DNA from: Raillietiella orientalis
Taxonomy: Eukaryota
NCBI GenBank assembly: GCA_036172245.1
Contig: JAYWIR010000009.1
Location: forward strand, 4,836,001 to 4,900,000
Direction of reading: 5' to 3'
DNA: 64,000 nt
Within the stretch, counting starts at the first letter, position 1. Each line of letters opens with the position of its first letter. Shown here in pieces: positions 1 to 13,785 of the stretch. The notes under the pieces were generated by a model. The model was not told where the DNA came from. It saw only the letters and a program-made list of their open reading frames with translations, and ran no database searches. The position numbers and the translations under genes are program-made.

Positions 1-44
1 TCCAGCAGCTGAATCTCAGCACTCAGCGCGTAGTGCTAGGCCAT

Positions 45-71
45 TTCTTCTTCTTCTTCTTCTTCTTCTTC
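45..71. repeat. (TTC)n microsatellite
   Basis: Direct reading of a pure TTC run. Confidence 0.9.
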
Positions 72-1023
72 TCCGTCACCAAGCTGCTGCTAAACTCGTT
101 GCCACGTTAGTCAGCGATATCTACGGCAAACAGACGTGTGTGTCTTTGAAAAGTGTCTGTTCCAGGGAGTACGCGTTTGATTAGGAGCACCTGTTGGGAC
201 GATGGTGCGGATGGCATAACGGGAATGTGAAGACACTGCCAGCAGCCCTACGGGAGGTCCAACGGAAACCTGGCTGCTCTCGTGCACGGTAAGGTGCACG
301 GGAGCCGTGCGTGTGCTCCGGCTGGAAGCTTCGTTTTGGAAGCCACCTGAGAGCAAAAGTTGGGCTTTTCCGAAGATCTCTTCATCCCAGTCAACCTTCT
401 GCCTTCCTTCGTCGTAAGAGCACTGCAGCCGTGGGGCCAACTGGTCGCAGGCAGCGCTCGGGTCCATGCAGGGAGGCTGACCACCAAGTACACGAGATCG
501 CAGTTGCATTCGAACACGGCGACGCATTTTTGTTCTCCCCCCCCCCCCTTTTTTCCTTAGAACAAGGAGAGGAAAAGGAGAGGAGGGGGGGGGGGAGGAA
601 TCTGCAGCACGAGGAGCACGGGAATTTCCATCGCAGACCATGCGTTTCAGCTGCCTTCATTTTCAATTAATGAGCGATCCATCCAAATTTCATCACCGAA
701 AATGCATGGAAACTTTGCTTCCGTTGAAAACAGGGAAAAAGCGTTCCGTTTACCATTCTAAGGTCTCTCTCGTGGTACTTCCATCTCGCTGCATCATCTC
801 GCTGCCTGCGGAAATAAACGGCCGTTTACATGCATTCCTTTTTTCTTTCTTTTTCTTTTTTTAAAAAAGAGGAAACTCCCTACTACATGTATAAATAATC
901 CAGACATAAATTTAAATTGCGTTTTTTTGAAAGCTCAACATTCACTTAGCTTTTCCAATTAAGGGAAGCATATATCTTCGAGTACCCGTAAACTCGTAAC
1001 TGTTTCTGAGCGCCTTGATTACG

Positions 1024-1124
<101 letters not shown>

Positions 1125-1399
1125 GGCTTTCCCCAAATTCACACGTGGAAGTGTTTCTCAGGTACGTCCCGGAGATTTTTCTATGTGTGTTTTCCGGCTT
1201 GATATTTTCAGGGGTAAAAAAAAAAAAAAGGAATAAGCTATTTTTAGTCTTCCCAAAGTCTAACAGTCACGTGATTGCATGCACCCCAGCTGTTAAATCC
1301 AGGGAGTGGCTACTGCATCCGGGAGAACGCTCCGAGCGTTTGTGAGGAACTCATCAATAGGACTCCTCATCTCTGCCTCTCCCCATCTGTTTCCCATCC

Positions 1400-2050
1400 T
1401 TCCTTCACCCTTGGGAACGTATTCCTGCGTTTCCAGGTCTCGAGCCGCGTGCTTCCCAAACTTTCCAGCACGTCTTCCGGGAGCCTGATGCCCGCGCCTG
1501 ATGAGCGGTCGTCAGGACAAAGTTCCCCTGGCGCACGGCTGGATACCACACTGTCTCTGCACGGGGGGACCACTTGCCTGCGCCCCGCTTCGGGTCTGTC
1601 CGGCATCCGTCGTAGGGCGGGTGGACCACGCGCCAAGAGCACTCCGCTCCCTGCAAACCTCAGTTCTTTCGAGGGATCTTTCGCAAGCTCGGTTCGCAGG
1701 CTCCTCTGAAAGCAAAACGCCTACAAACGCCTGAAACCCACCCCAAGTGCTTCTTGGGCTTCCCACGGCGGCAATTCGGGGTTTTGAAAGTTCCCATTCC
1801 TTTTGCGAAGGCTTCATCGGCACGCCGGGCGGCGTCCTCGACGTCCTCCCACCGAAACGATGGGGCTGATTCTCGATGATGCTTTGTCTCAGCAGCCTGC
1901 TCTGTTTGGTCTTTCCACCTGGAACTTTCCGTGTCCCCATCCACGTCGCCTGGACTCGCCTGCATGCCCGAGTCTGAAGCCTTTGGTTCCAAGCACTCCA
2001 CAAAGCCATGTCGGGGTGGAAAAGTTGGTGTCCGAAACGACAACAAAACT
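1400..2050 (-). mobile_element. Highly decayed non-LTR retrotransposon RT remnant
   Basis: Frameshifted look-alikes of RT motifs on the minus strand: ADEAFAK..W..SKPRIAAVGSP (~D.xKAFD.V.W) and CGIQPCARGTLS (~GVRQGCPLS). Boundaries are approximate. Confidence 0.35.
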
Positions 2051-3127
2051 GACGCACGGGTAAGAAAAAAAGAAAAGCGTCCCCGTAGGTCTCTTTGCTC
2101 ACCTTCGAACTTTCCGGTGCCCCATCGCGTAGAAGTCTCTTCAGGAACCTTCAAAGTCACCACGTCACAATTCAGGTGATGGCCTTGCTGACGTATTTCA
2201 GCAGCGCTTTAAATCGTATGCTGCGCTGCCGCAAAAAAGATTCAACTTGCAGCATGAATTCATATTGTGGCGTCCAAAACTCGACCAAGATCGCCCAACG
2301 AGTTCCAACGGCCTCCTCACTTGCTGATGCGACTCCGCTGCTTCCGAATGTGCTCGTCTGCCGCATCAGAGAAGCCGCAACTGTGTCGGATTGCTGGGCG
2401 CCGGGAGGCATGAAATCTCCAGAGGAATATCAGTGCAGATCGTCGCTCTTTCTCGTTTGCGCGACTTTCGCTCCGATCTTCCTCCAGGTCGGTCCTCCCT
2501 GCGTCCCCCTCCCCCCCGTTTTCTCGAGACCAAATCGTTTCGCCTCCAGCCGTTGGGCCCGGTGCTGGCGAGCAGAGGCGCTCGAAGGAACATCGGCTCG
2601 GGAATTTCGTGCGCCATTATTTTGGCAAGAAGACCCGCCGAAGAAATTCCGAAACGGAAGAGCGTCATTCAAGCGGCATCCGATTCACGGGGTCGCCGCC
2701 GTCGTTGGCACGCTCACCCTCAGCCCGTGAGGAAGCTCTGTGGTGGATCCGTAGAAGGGCTGCTGCTGCCCCGCTGGATGCCGGGACGTTCTTCTTCAGC
2801 ACGCTAACGCTGCCGCGAAACGAAACGACGACGAAAACAAACGGAAAGGGACAAACACGTCGATCACCGCCATGCCGTGGTCCGAGCGGTGGTTTTCCAT
2901 CGGCCGTGTATCACGTCTTAAGCTCGAAATAAATCATCGAAAGCTTGATGACTTCGTCCTGGACGGCGGCGGTTTCGTCTTGCGTATGTTTTCACCCGAC
3001 GTCGCCGTGGCACTCATTAGAAGAAAAAATAGCAAATTTACATCTTCGGCCTGCCACTCGAGGTTTGATACAGGAGATAGGGGGGGAGGGGGGAAGCCGA
3101 ACGAAACGAAACGAAAAAAAAAAAGTT

Positions 3128-3158
<31 letters not shown>

Positions 3159-3182
3159 CACACATATATATATATATATATA
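3128..3182. repeat. Compound (CA)n(TA)n microsatellite
   Basis: Direct reading. Confidence 0.95.
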
Positions 3183-4063
3183 AAGGCTCCTCGCGTTTGT
3201 CGGAGAAGATTTTTCGCGGGTTTTTGAAAATCGAGCAGAATCCGATCATGAAACAAATGACCTTCGACCGGATGCTGAGTCCCGAATCCGTAACCCGCTC
3301 GGTACGTGCGTCACCATTCTGAACATCCGAGCGGATTGCTGCGGATCCGCTAACGAACAGTTCGTGACCGCTGCTTTGCTCTTCAGATTCGCATCGGGCG
3401 GGGGTCCACGGGGACGTCATCAGCCTTTGTCGTTCGGCGACAGGGCCTCCCTCCCCTCCCCCACCCCCAATTCTTCCAAACGCGCTTTTAACGCCACTCA
3501 GCGCCACGAGGAGCGCGGCTTCTGACTTCGCAAAAGCCCCGGCAAAGATTCACGCCCTGCGAAGGGAAGTTCATCATTAGAGTGCTCTTTATGCGTGCGA
3601 TGGGAAGGTAATCCGATGACTCCGGGCGACCGGAAAAGTTCCCGTCTTGCGGTACGCGTTTTGCCCGCGCCGACTCCGCGCGCACTCTTTCGGCCGCGGG
3701 TGCTGCGGCCGCACGCTGCGTGGCGGGGGACCGCCTGCGGGTCCCTCCGGGCCCTTCCTGCGCGCCTCCCCGCGGTCCGCCAGGCGCCAGGTCCATACTG
3801 CCGGTCCCAGGACGCGGGGGGGGGGGGGGAGGGAGGGCCAGAAAGCAGCCCTCCGCGGAGAGCGGGAACGGATCGCCCCGACGGAGAGCAAGAAGCGGTG
3901 CTTCGCCGGGATAGCTGGGCGGCGGTGCCCTCAAGCTGGCCCTGCGGCGTCTTTCGGAATCCGGAGGCGGAAGAAATCACCAGAGCATCCCTCCCGAACG
4001 AATTTCCAGGTCGCCTTGCGAGTGCGGCGGATCCTGCCGAGTCTGCGCATGCACGAAGAGTCC

Positions 4064-4099
4064 CTACGCTTTCATCTTAAGCCAAAAGGCCGAGGAACG
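4064..4099 (-). pseudogene. U2 snRNA 5' fragment (nt ~3-37), diverged
   Basis: Reverse complement reads CGTTCCTCGGCCTTTTGGCTTAAGATGAAAGCGTAG versus U2 CGCTTCTCGGCCTTTTGGCTAAGATCAAAGTGTAG. Confidence 0.8.
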
Positions 4100-4722
4100 T
4101 GGGGACGAAAGCCCATGACGCATCCGATCGCGAACACATTCCTACGCACACGCCCGCGCGCAGCTGTCGGTACGCATTTCTTGTTCAAAGTGTCAGATTC
4201 CCATTTTTTGTGTGTGTGTGTGTGCGCGTTTTTTTTTTTTTTTTTTGAAAACAAAACAACAAAAAAAAAGGATGGCGCCAATTTGTGTTTCAGGTGAGTG
4301 AGGCCGAGACGATTCTCAATCATCCGAGCCGTGTGCGTGCGTGCGCGACCGGTTCGAATGTACGCGAAGCAACTCGGCAGCTTCGAGGGTTAACGTGCGT
4401 GAAAACGGTCCTTTTTCTTTGATGTGTCGAACACCGGGGGTGTTCCATCCGTCTTCTGCTCGGCGTATGCGATTTTCCTGCCTCGGAGGCAGCAGCACGC
4501 GCCTCTGGCACCGGTGGAGGGGGGGAACTCGTCCTCGTGGAGACGCGCGCGGTCCTCGACCAACAGCTTCGCGTTCCAGCGGCGTCCGTCCGTCCCCGTG
4601 GGGGCGACCATCGACCAGCGGCTACGGGTGCCAGCGATTCCTTCCTGGCGCCCGGGACAGCTTCACGCGGCAGCGGGAAGAACCGCGCGCCCGCGGACGC
4701 TGCAGGGGACGCCCCCCCCCCC

Positions 4723-4756
4723 ATCGCTTCTCGGTCCTTTGGCTGAGATCAAAGCG
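4723..4756 (+). pseudogene. U2 snRNA 5' fragment (nt 1-~33)
   Basis: ATCGCTTCTCGGTCCTTTGGCTGAGATCAAAGCG. GACGCCCC occurs on both sides (possible target-site duplication, TSD). Confidence 0.88.
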
Positions 4757-7700
4757 ACGCCCCGAGGGAGAGCAAAGGCGGAGACGTCCGGCTTCGTCCT
4801 TTTTTTTGTGCATCTCGAAGTGCACCTACGCGTGGGAGGAGGCAGCGCGCGCGTTGTCCACGCGCTCCAATCCCGATAAGAAGAGACGAGCTTCGTCCGA
4901 TCGGTGGTCCACCTCAGTGTATGGGATCACCGCACGCAGCTGCTGCATGCTTGCGCACTCTCCAGCAAGCGGGTTTGTTTTTTTGTTTGTTTGTCCCCTC
5001 CCCCCTCCCCCATCCTCCCTCACGGAAATCGTGGGAGGTCAGCGAAGATGATCGAGAAGCGACGCTCGAGCCTTCCGTCACCGAGGCAGCAGCAGCATCA
5101 GCATCAGCGCGCCGTCGTCATGCGTGCGCGTGGGGTGACGAGCCGCGGCCCTCGAAGGCGGCGAAACCTCTTTCCCCGCGTGCGCACGTGTTCGTTGCCG
5201 CGCGAGCGGAGCCACAGGAAGTGTGTGTGTGTGTGTGTGGGGGGGGGGGGGACGTCCAGAACGGCACGCCGCCTTCACGCGGAGAAAGAATGGGAAGGGA
5301 GTAACGTGATAATTGGCGAGCAGGAAGTTTCTCTGTTCGCCCGCAATTTTCCCTGGAGGTCGAGGTCAAGAGGATACCCCCCTCCCTTCTTTCCTTCTTT
5401 GCGCGCCCGCCTTGCTCAGGTTACTCCCCAACAATGGATTCCCGTCGTCTTCTGTTGCAGAGGTCATGCGGCCCCTTCCCGAAGAGCGGCGGGAGCGCCG
5501 AGGGCCGCCGCCGTCGCTTGCTGCTCCGCTCCCCGCCAGATGCCCGGCGTGAAGAAGAGGCGAATAGAGCGGCGGCGTGTCGCCGCAGCCGCCATGTCGG
5601 TTCCCTTCAGCCCGGAGGACGGCTGCTGCTCTCGCAAGTGCGCGTGCGGGGGTGGGGTTTCGCAAAAGCGAAGATGCACAAATCGGGGGTGATTCATCCC
5701 CCCGTCGCTTGGAAACAAGTAGTACGTACCTCTGCGGCAGGGGCGTGCCTGCAGGCGAACCGAAGCTGGGGAGGAGGGAAGGAAAAAAAGGTGGAGGGCA
5801 GGGGGGGGACTTGATGACTGGGGCCCGCGAAACGGCAGCAGGCGCGCGAGCTCGCGAACAACAAGGGAGCCGGAGCCGCGAAGGCAGGGGAGCGTCGCGT
5901 CCCCGTGGTTGCACGAGGACAACGAACAGGAAGCACTCAATGGCGCGGAAAGGAGGCTACAGCCACGGGGGGGCTTTGCCCCCCTTCTTATCACAGCGTG
6001 CGGGATGAGCATCGAAATGGCCCCGAGATGACTTCCCTATCCTGCCAAGCTTCCTTCTTCCTTTTCCGGAACGTCCCACGATCCCTCCTGGCTCTTCCTC
6101 CCTCGCCGGCAAAGAGCGGCGGGGTAGATGATGATTATGAAGATGATGAGGAGGAGGAAAATGGGGTCGCTCCCGACTGAGTTTCCGATGATTCGGGATG
6201 CAGTTTTGGGAGCTTCGTGCATCCCGTAGACGAAAGGCAACAACGTCAAGAAGCCCTCCCTCCGCCTTCTTCTCACCCGGTGACCGAAGAAGGGCGACAC
6301 AAGGCGGGATGGGAGGGGGGGGAGGGACGGTGCGACATCGCCGGAGGAAGACCAAAGTCCTTCCCGCTCGAAACTTCCAGGGTGGGCGTCACGCCACCTG
6401 GACGACCTCCTCCTGTGGTGCTCCCAGGGAAAGGAACCGAAAGAAAAAGAGCCGGAAGACGCAGGACTGGCGCGGCGGAACACCCCAGGGCGGAACCCGA
6501 ACTCGACTGGAAGTTTCGAGACGGACGCTCTTCAGAAGACTGGTGGTGGTGATGGGGTGGGGTATGAAACTGGAACGCATGCGCATGCAGTCCTTCCCAG
6601 AGGTCTCCATTTTGTCACTCGTCTTGGGTGGAGTCCTGGCTTTGCAGGTCCGTCTCCAAGAGGAGTTCGTGTTCTTGCGGTGCACCCGGGTGGCCATTCC
6701 GTTCTTCGCGGTCATCAGACCTCTGCGGAAGCCGAAGCGTTTCTCGTGGCGACGGGGCTGCGCCGCCTGCGGGCAGGGAGCAGCAGAAGAGGGAGCGGAA
6801 AACCAGGAATGAGGCAGGCGTCCTCCTGGTTCTCCGCACGGGACGCACGCAGGGAGATCCTCCTTCCGCTTTCTTTCTGAAGGGGGTCGGGGAGTCCGCG
6901 TTTTTGCAGCCTCGCCGGCTGGCACGCCCCCACGAAGGATCGACACAGCCGAATTGGATGCGTCGCGGGTTGCGAGTCCCCCCGCGAGATGACGCGCAAG
7001 GCGGCTCGCGAGCTTCCGCAGCGCATTGTTAGGGAGCGCACGCGTTCGCGGCCGGATGCAACGTCGACCTTTCCCGCAGGGCGGACCCTTCATCCCGTCT
7101 CAGGCGGACCTCGGATGCGTGGCAGCTGAAGAGCCCCCCCTCCCCCAGAAGGGGGCGTCGACCGCCCCCCATCCTCATGGAGTTCTTGAGTACGTGGAGA
7201 AACGAGGAAGGGAAAGGAAGTGGCCCGCCGCCGTCCGCTCCACGATCGTGGTGAGGAATTCCGATAAGGGAGGAGGAGGGGGAAGCGCGAGAGCCACAAA
7301 GGACGCGGAGGGACCGGGGGGGGGGGAGAGTAGGGACGCCTCCAGCTGTGCATCGGAGCATCATGCGAGACGGAGTCCCAGGCCGGCGCACCTGGCCGCG
7401 GTACTGCTGGCGGCAACGCGCGAGGGTTACCAGGCGACCCTGGTTTTAGGGAAGCGACGGGCCGACAGCCCAACGCGGGGATCCAACGAGTTGGGAGGGA
7501 TGGTATCTGGCGACGCCATTGCCGGGATACTCGGAAACCACACAACCCCTATGGGCGGTGGTCGTCTGTTCCGAGGCCGAGAGCCGAGGGGAGACGGGTA
7601 AAGGGAGAAGGGGTCGGAGGCGTGCGAAGAAAGATCGCTCGGTTCCCTGGCAATTCCGACAAGGGGAGGAGATTTGCCGTCGCCTGGAGACAGCCGCGGG

Positions 7701-8399
7701 TGCTCGCCGAATCACGCCGAAGAGAGGGTCGTCCGCGGTCGCAAACGCCGCTCCTAGCGGCGGTGGGAAGACGTCCAGCTGACCAGCTCGTGTTAGCGGC
7801 TGGAGTGCCCGGGAGGTGTCTGAGGAGGGGGGACAGAGGCAGCAACGACCGCGGCAGGGGCGAGAACTTGGCCGCAGGGCAGGAAGGGCGATGTCGCAGC
7901 GGGCACGGGCCGAGGACAGGAGAGCGGACTCTCCCCGAAGCTGAAGGGAGAGGGGAGGGGAAAAAAGAGGGTTTGGCGGACCGCCCGCCCGCTGCGGACG
8001 TGGCCCGCCTGTGGCCCGGGGCGCAGCGATCTTCCCGTTCGCCCACCTCCCCCCGGGGCAACGCGCGTTTCCCTGCTCCCTTGCGCGCACCGGATGCGCT
8101 GGGAGGCTGCGGGGCGGCCTGGAAGGGGAGGCACTGACTACGAAGGAAAGGGCGCACTGTTGGTGACCCCCAGCGCCGGACGCGGGTCGTCCATTCCTGT
8201 GGCTCGGGCGCGCCAGGGGTGTGCGGGACGGGTGGGCGCAAGAGCGTCCCGCAAGAGGCTGCAGGGTCCTCCCGGAGCAACTTGGGGTCGTGCTCTGATC
8301 CCAGTCCCGCGCGGACTTGCACGCCTTCGGGGGTCTCCACCTTCCAACACTCCGGGCAGCGTCCGCAGCAGCGAAACCCGCTCTACAGAAGGCGCCCGG

Positions 8400-9250
8400 G
8401 TCCACGCCCTTGCGAGAAATCCCGAGCTCGCTCCACGGCATTCCTATGGCATTCCCAGCTCGAGAGATGCTCGCCCTCGCGAGGGCATCCCCAACTCCTC
8501 GCTGCGCTCCTGGATCTGCTGGGATCTCGCAGAGGGAAGGGGGGGAAGAGGAGGAGGAGGCGTGCTATCGCAGGGCGATGCCCAGAGAGATGGTGAGGCT
8601 TCTCTGGACTCCGGTGTTACCGGTTTTCCTGCCGACGGATCCGCCCTTGCTTCCAATCCGCGCACGCCGCCAGCTTGCAGCCTCCGGCCACGCTGCTGTT
8701 CCTCCTGCCGGATTGGGCCACGCTAGGGGCACTCCCCTGAAGCGTGTTACCTTGGATCTGACTGCGGTGTTCCCACGGCGAACGCCGTCCCTCTCGCGGG
8801 AAGGCGGCCACGCCCCTGCGGGAAGCTCCTCCGGGGTATGGAGGAGTAGGGGGAGCAGCTGATGACCTCCCTCTTTTCCCTCCTCTTCCCTTCCTGCCCC
8901 GTCCCGAATTCCTTCCTGAGGACCCCGGAGAGAGAGTCCGGTCCGCCTGCCTGCTCGCCCGTTGGCTCCCTCCCGAGTCGCGAACTCCTGGAGGATCGGG
9001 GCGGCGGCCTGCGTTCCACGCCAGCAGAGAGCGGGCGTCGCCGAAAGGGGGGATTCCGCTCGCGTAGTCCGGGACTCCTAGGAGTACGAAGAGAGAGAGA
9101 AGGGTAGGGTGGCCGCGAGGGGCACTGTCCGTTCCACGCGTGGCCCCTTGGTCTGGCTCTGAGGGGCTGCAGATGGCGGACAGCAGACTCCCAGTTTTTC
9201 GGCCCTCCCTTTCTCTTCCCTCCATATTTCCGTCCGGAGCGATTCTGACC
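8400..9250 (+). mobile_element. Decayed L1/Tx1-like RT remnant
   Basis: Ordered degenerate motifs VTLDLTAVF (~LDLxKAFD), GAADDLPLF (~YADDLLL) and LLGV (~YLGV). Confidence 0.45.
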
Positions 9251-9427
9251 GGGCTCGCGACTTGCCAGATACACCCGAAGGACACTCGGGATGTCTCTCC
9301 TGGCGCGCCCCTTCCTCCCTCCTCGGTCGCTTCCGTCCGCGCCGCCCGCGAAGCCTCCCCTTCTTCCTGCCACCGCAGCGCGCGCATCGGACCCATCCGA
9401 ACTGCCCGGCCAATCAGGAGCGTTTGA

Positions 9428-9550
9428 TTTATCACCGGGTGTTCCGGGGCGTTTGTTTGCGTGAAAATAAATACAGATTATGGTTGGACCAGTGGTCCAA
9501 TGACACCTGTCGACCGTCCGTCTGTCACTTCCGTTACAAGTTGCAGCAGT
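9428..9550 (-). mobile_element. Isolated 3' tail of the L1/Tx1-like family
   Basis: Reverse complement ends TTTATTTT..AAACAAACGCCCCGGAACACCCGGTGATAAA, matching the family terminal hairpin. Confidence 0.6.
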
Positions 9551-9554
9551 GCGA

Positions 9555-12500
9555 CGCACCGACGGCTGAAGGGAATCCTGGATTCTCCTGTGACCAGGGA
9601 GGGGAAGGCCAAGGAGGAACGGACGCGTCGGGAGCCCTTGCGGTCGCGGTCGATCTGCACAAAGCTTTCGATTTTCACCCGGATTTCGCCGGGTCGTTTA
9701 TTTAAAAAAATAAACTTTACAAAAGTTGTCAGTGGCTGTAGCAATGCTCCAGCCACGCACGAAGAAACACGGAGCCTGCCGGGTCATCGGTTCGCAGACC
9801 GGTACGGTCCTCCAAGGCAGCAGGGGGACGGGGTAAAACAAAAAACTAAACAAAAAGAAAAAAAAAAGAGTGGGAGGGTACGGGAAGGGATCACTGTTGC
9901 TGCTGGGGCCGTATCATCCTTCTCAGGATGCCGGCAAGCTCTTGCTGCATGCTTGGATCCAGGTGGGGCCATCGCGACGCCCTCCTCAGGAACTGGGAGG
10001 CTGGCTGGATGGCATCCTGGTCGTGTGGTCCTCCCGTAGCCTTGCTCCAGGCGGCGACGATCCCGCGAAGGCAGCACAGGGCTGCTAACCAGGCCGCTGG
10101 CCCAAGGGCGTCGGCAACGAAGACGGCTTTAAGAACGTCCCTGGGGTTGCCGCAGGGGATTCCTATGGCCGCGGCAAAGCGGAACCAAAGGGGCCGAAGG
10201 GCAACACAATCCACTAGCAGGTGGGGGAGGGACTCCCGTTCCCCACACCTGACGCAATTGGGGTCCACCGCTCCCCAGGTCCAGTGGTGTCTGCGGGCGT
10301 TGCAGGGGAGTCCCCAGTGCTCCAACAGGAATGCCGACTCCTGGCATTTTAAGGGGAAAGTGGAGGTGTCCATTAGTACCGGGGGCCACTTCAAACGTTC
10401 AATGAGAACGTCGAGCAGCGCGCTTCAGCGTAGAAGTCCATGGGGAGGCGTACTCGGGGTGGCAGCGTCAGTCAGCTGACCCATCTTCCACTCTCCTATC
10501 TTCTTCTCCTTCCCGGAGATTGTAACTGTAACCTCCCACTTCGGCGCAACATCGCTGTCGGAATCTTCCACTGGGGAGGCCAGCGCAGCAGCGAGGGGGG
10601 TTCTTCCTCGAGGAGGCGAGGGCTCGCTTCTTCGGATCCTCCGGGATCTCTCGGAGCGTGCAACTTCTGTAGCACCGAAACAAGAACCGTAGTTCCTGTT
10701 GGGCGCGTTGCATGCTGCACTGTCCCCACGTTCGAACGGTTTCATGCAACCAGGCACTACCGTTCAAAGGGCGACAGGTGACCAATCCTTGGTTTTTCCG
10801 TGTCAGCGCAGCCACCCTCCGTAGCTGAAGACCGCATCGGTTGACGCGGCGACGCAGTGCAAGAAACGACGTCAGTCCCGTCTTGCCGGTGGCTTGCTGG
10901 AGAAGGAGACGTGCAGGGACGCACCAACAGGTGCACCACAACTCTGGAACAAGTGCCGACATTCGGAACTGGAGCTGAAGCTCCAGCCGCTCCAATGTCA
11001 GGAGGCCGAGACCACCGTCTCGACGAGGAGCGCACAAGTCCTTTAAGCGGACTCGGGCCCTCCTGTTGCCCCAAAGGGCGATACGGAGGAGGTCCTTTGT
11101 CCGCTTTTTTATCCTCTCTGTGGGGGGGGAAACAAAAAGCAGGGGGCGGAGGAGAGGAGCCGCGAACGTGTTCCAAACCGCGGCCCGTTCAGGCAGGAAA
11201 AACCTGCCGCCTCGGAACGGGCCGATCGCCGTCTCTACTTTTTGGAGGCAGCAGGACCACGCTTCCGCAGGGGAGTAGTCCCCCAACGGTACACCAAGGT
11301 ACTTGAAGTACCTCACCGTGGGGATCCCCAAACGAACCCCGTCCTGCTGCCCTGCCCACGCCGCACCAACTGGCATCACGGACGACTTCGCCCTGTTCAC
11401 CGTAAGTCCGGTTCCCCGATGCAGCAGGTCGAAGAACTCCTCGACCGCCGAAGCCGGAATAGACATAGGGAGCAGCAGCAGAAGGTCGTCCGCGTACGCT
11501 GAAACCGCCGGTCTACCAGCGCAGTCGTGCGGGAGGTGAACCAGAGTTACCCTCTACGCTCTGAGCACCAATTTGAAATAGGCGCTGAAGAGCAAGGAGC
11601 TCAGGCTGTCTCCCTGCAGTATGCCACGCTGTCTCCCTGCACAAAGCTTTCGACTGCCTCGACCGGGAACTCCTCCTGGAGCTCCAGAAACGCGTGGGAT
11701 TCCCTTCCGTGTCCCTGGCCAATCTGAGCTCCTGCTGGCGCTTCGTGCTAATTAACATTTTTTGCGGCGGCCGACACGCGTGCGTCGTGCCCGTTCGCCG
11801 CTGCATAAGGTAGGACGACAGCTTCAGTCCCCTGCTCTTCAGCATCTACTTTGAGTTGGTGCTGAGAGCATACAGGAAGACTCTGGCAAGCCTGCTGAGC
11901 TCGTGTCCGGGCACTCCTGCCGTGTCGGCTTACGCGGACGATCTGCTGCTGCTGCTCCCCGGGTCCACCCCGGCATCAGCGCCGGTTTCTTCGAGTTGCT
12001 TAGCCGCGGGACAAGTCTGGAGGTGAACAGGGCGAAGTCGTCCATAGTGCCGACTGGCTCGACGTGGGCCGGACGGTCGGAGCGGATCCGCTTGGGGATC
12101 CCCACGGACCGGTACTTCAGGTACCTTGACTTTCCGTTGTGGACTTCTGAGTTGCAGAGACCCTGGTCCGGCCATCTCCAAAAGGTGAGGATGGCGCTCG
12201 GCTCGTTCCAAAATGGTAGGTTTCACATACCGGAACGGGCGGCGGTGGGGAACACGTTTGCGGTCTCTCTGCTTTGCCCTACTTTTTGTTTGCCGCGCTT
12301 CTGAGGCTATTCAAAAAAGGATCGAGGACCTCCTGAGGAAAGCCTTGTGGGGCAAAGGGAGGTCCCGAGTTCTCTTGAAAAACCTGTGTGCTCCGCGCAA
12401 AGATGGTTGACTGGGCCTCCCTACGCTTGAGCAAATAGCGCGTCAGCTCCAATTCAGAAGACTCGCCCTTGCGACGAAGTTTTGGACAACGCCTTGGTGC

Positions 12501-13765
12501 ACACCTGCACACCTCCTCACCTGAAGAGCGACCGGCTGCGAAGGACTGACCTCGATCCTCGTAGCCAACGATACCAGCCTGAGGCAATGTGGCCATCAGC
12601 TGCGTCGGATGGTTGCCTTGGTTCAGGAGAACACCTGGATCTCTTGCCTGCCCGCGAACTGCACTGCCTGGTTTCAGGAGTCAGTCTTCGCCTGGAGAAA
12701 GATCCATGGCTCGAGCGAGCCGGGGTACGCCTGCCTCCAGAAAGGAAGGTGCACTCGACAGCCCCTGCGGGAGATCGTATGCAACCCACGCAAACTGCTG
12801 TGGGCCTCGTTCACCCCTCTTGTCCCAGTGCTTCCCTCCCTGAAAAATGCAAGGCACAGTAATGAACCGACAAGATAGGAAGTGTCCAGCCCGTATCCAA
12901 GGCAGTAAAAGACTTTTAAGCGCATGGGCTTCTTGTCAGCTAGAGGACGCTGCGACTCCGAGTGTTCCGCCAAAAGGACTTTTACTCTGAAGCGAGGCTG
13001 CTCACGACACCTCTGGAGGAGGTGAAGTGGCCCCCAGCGTGTTGGGACGATGGCACTCTCCCCCTCAAGTGACAAGAGATGGCGTTGCTGTGTTGCATTG
13101 GGAAATCCCATGCAGAGCACGCCTCCATCATTGGATACGGGGAGCATCAATGCCAATTGTGCCAAAGTGCGGCAAGAAGAGACCTTCCCGCACTTATTGG
13201 AAGACTGTTCTGCCCTTCGACCACTTTGAAATCGTCTCTCGACGATCCTAGGAAAACCGGGGCGCCAACCAAGGGACATTTTCCGACGCCTCCTCCGGCG
13301 TACCGATCTGCTGCCAGCCACGTCCTTAGCAGTTCTCTGCTGTGTCCGTGGAACAGCTGCCTGGAACGCGACAAGGAGAGGGCAAATTGGCAGGAATGCC
13401 ATCCACTGGGAACGGATCTTTTTGAAAACCACCTCAAGATGGCCCCACCTGGGAAACTTAAAAACTGCACTTGTCAGCGTCCTGGACAGGATGCAGGGAA
13501 CGTATCCAGGCGAACAGTGATTCCTTCCTTGCCTTCCCCTCCCCAGGAAACTTCCTTCCCCCCCCCTCTTTTTTTTCTCTCTTTTTTGTTTGTTTTTTTG
13601 TTTTTTCCTTCCCTTTCGCCGCTAGGACGGACCTCACCGGTATGCGTACCGGTTTTTGACAAGTCCTTCGGGCGTGGAAGAACCAAGTGTTCTACCACGA
13701 TTTCGTTAATGTTACGACTTTTAATATATTTTTTTATAATAACTTCCCTGGCAATTCTGGGTGAA
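9555..13765 (+). mobile_element. L1/Tx1-like non-LTR retrotransposon (decayed ORF2 RT to 3' end), interrupted by a nested insertion at 9672-11636
   Basis: RLKGILD...AVAVDLHKAFD (9560-9671) resumes as KAFDCLDRELLL at ~11640. It continues with VSAYADDLLLLL (~11925), VNRAKS, FRYL, a CxxC..HL..C zf-RVT-like region (~13150-13210), a pyrimidine-rich 3' UTR and a terminal hairpin ending 13765. Confidence 0.85.
9672..11636 (-). mobile_element. 5'-truncated L1/Tx1-like non-LTR retrotransposon with 17-bp TSD
   Basis: Motifs GILQGDSLS, VSAYADDLLL, VNRAKS, FKYLGV, PRRDGGLG and zf-RVT CVRCGERESLPHLLVDC. Flanked by the exact direct repeat CTGCACAAAGCTTTCGA at 9655-9671 and 11637-11653. Confidence 0.92.
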
Positions 13766-13785
13766 TTCTGGGCAGTTCACGTCCG

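Noticed and set aside
11540..11660. Head-to-head junction suggesting a twin-priming inversion
   Set aside because: Both arms cover the same RT region, and the 17-bp TSD shows a nested insertion instead.
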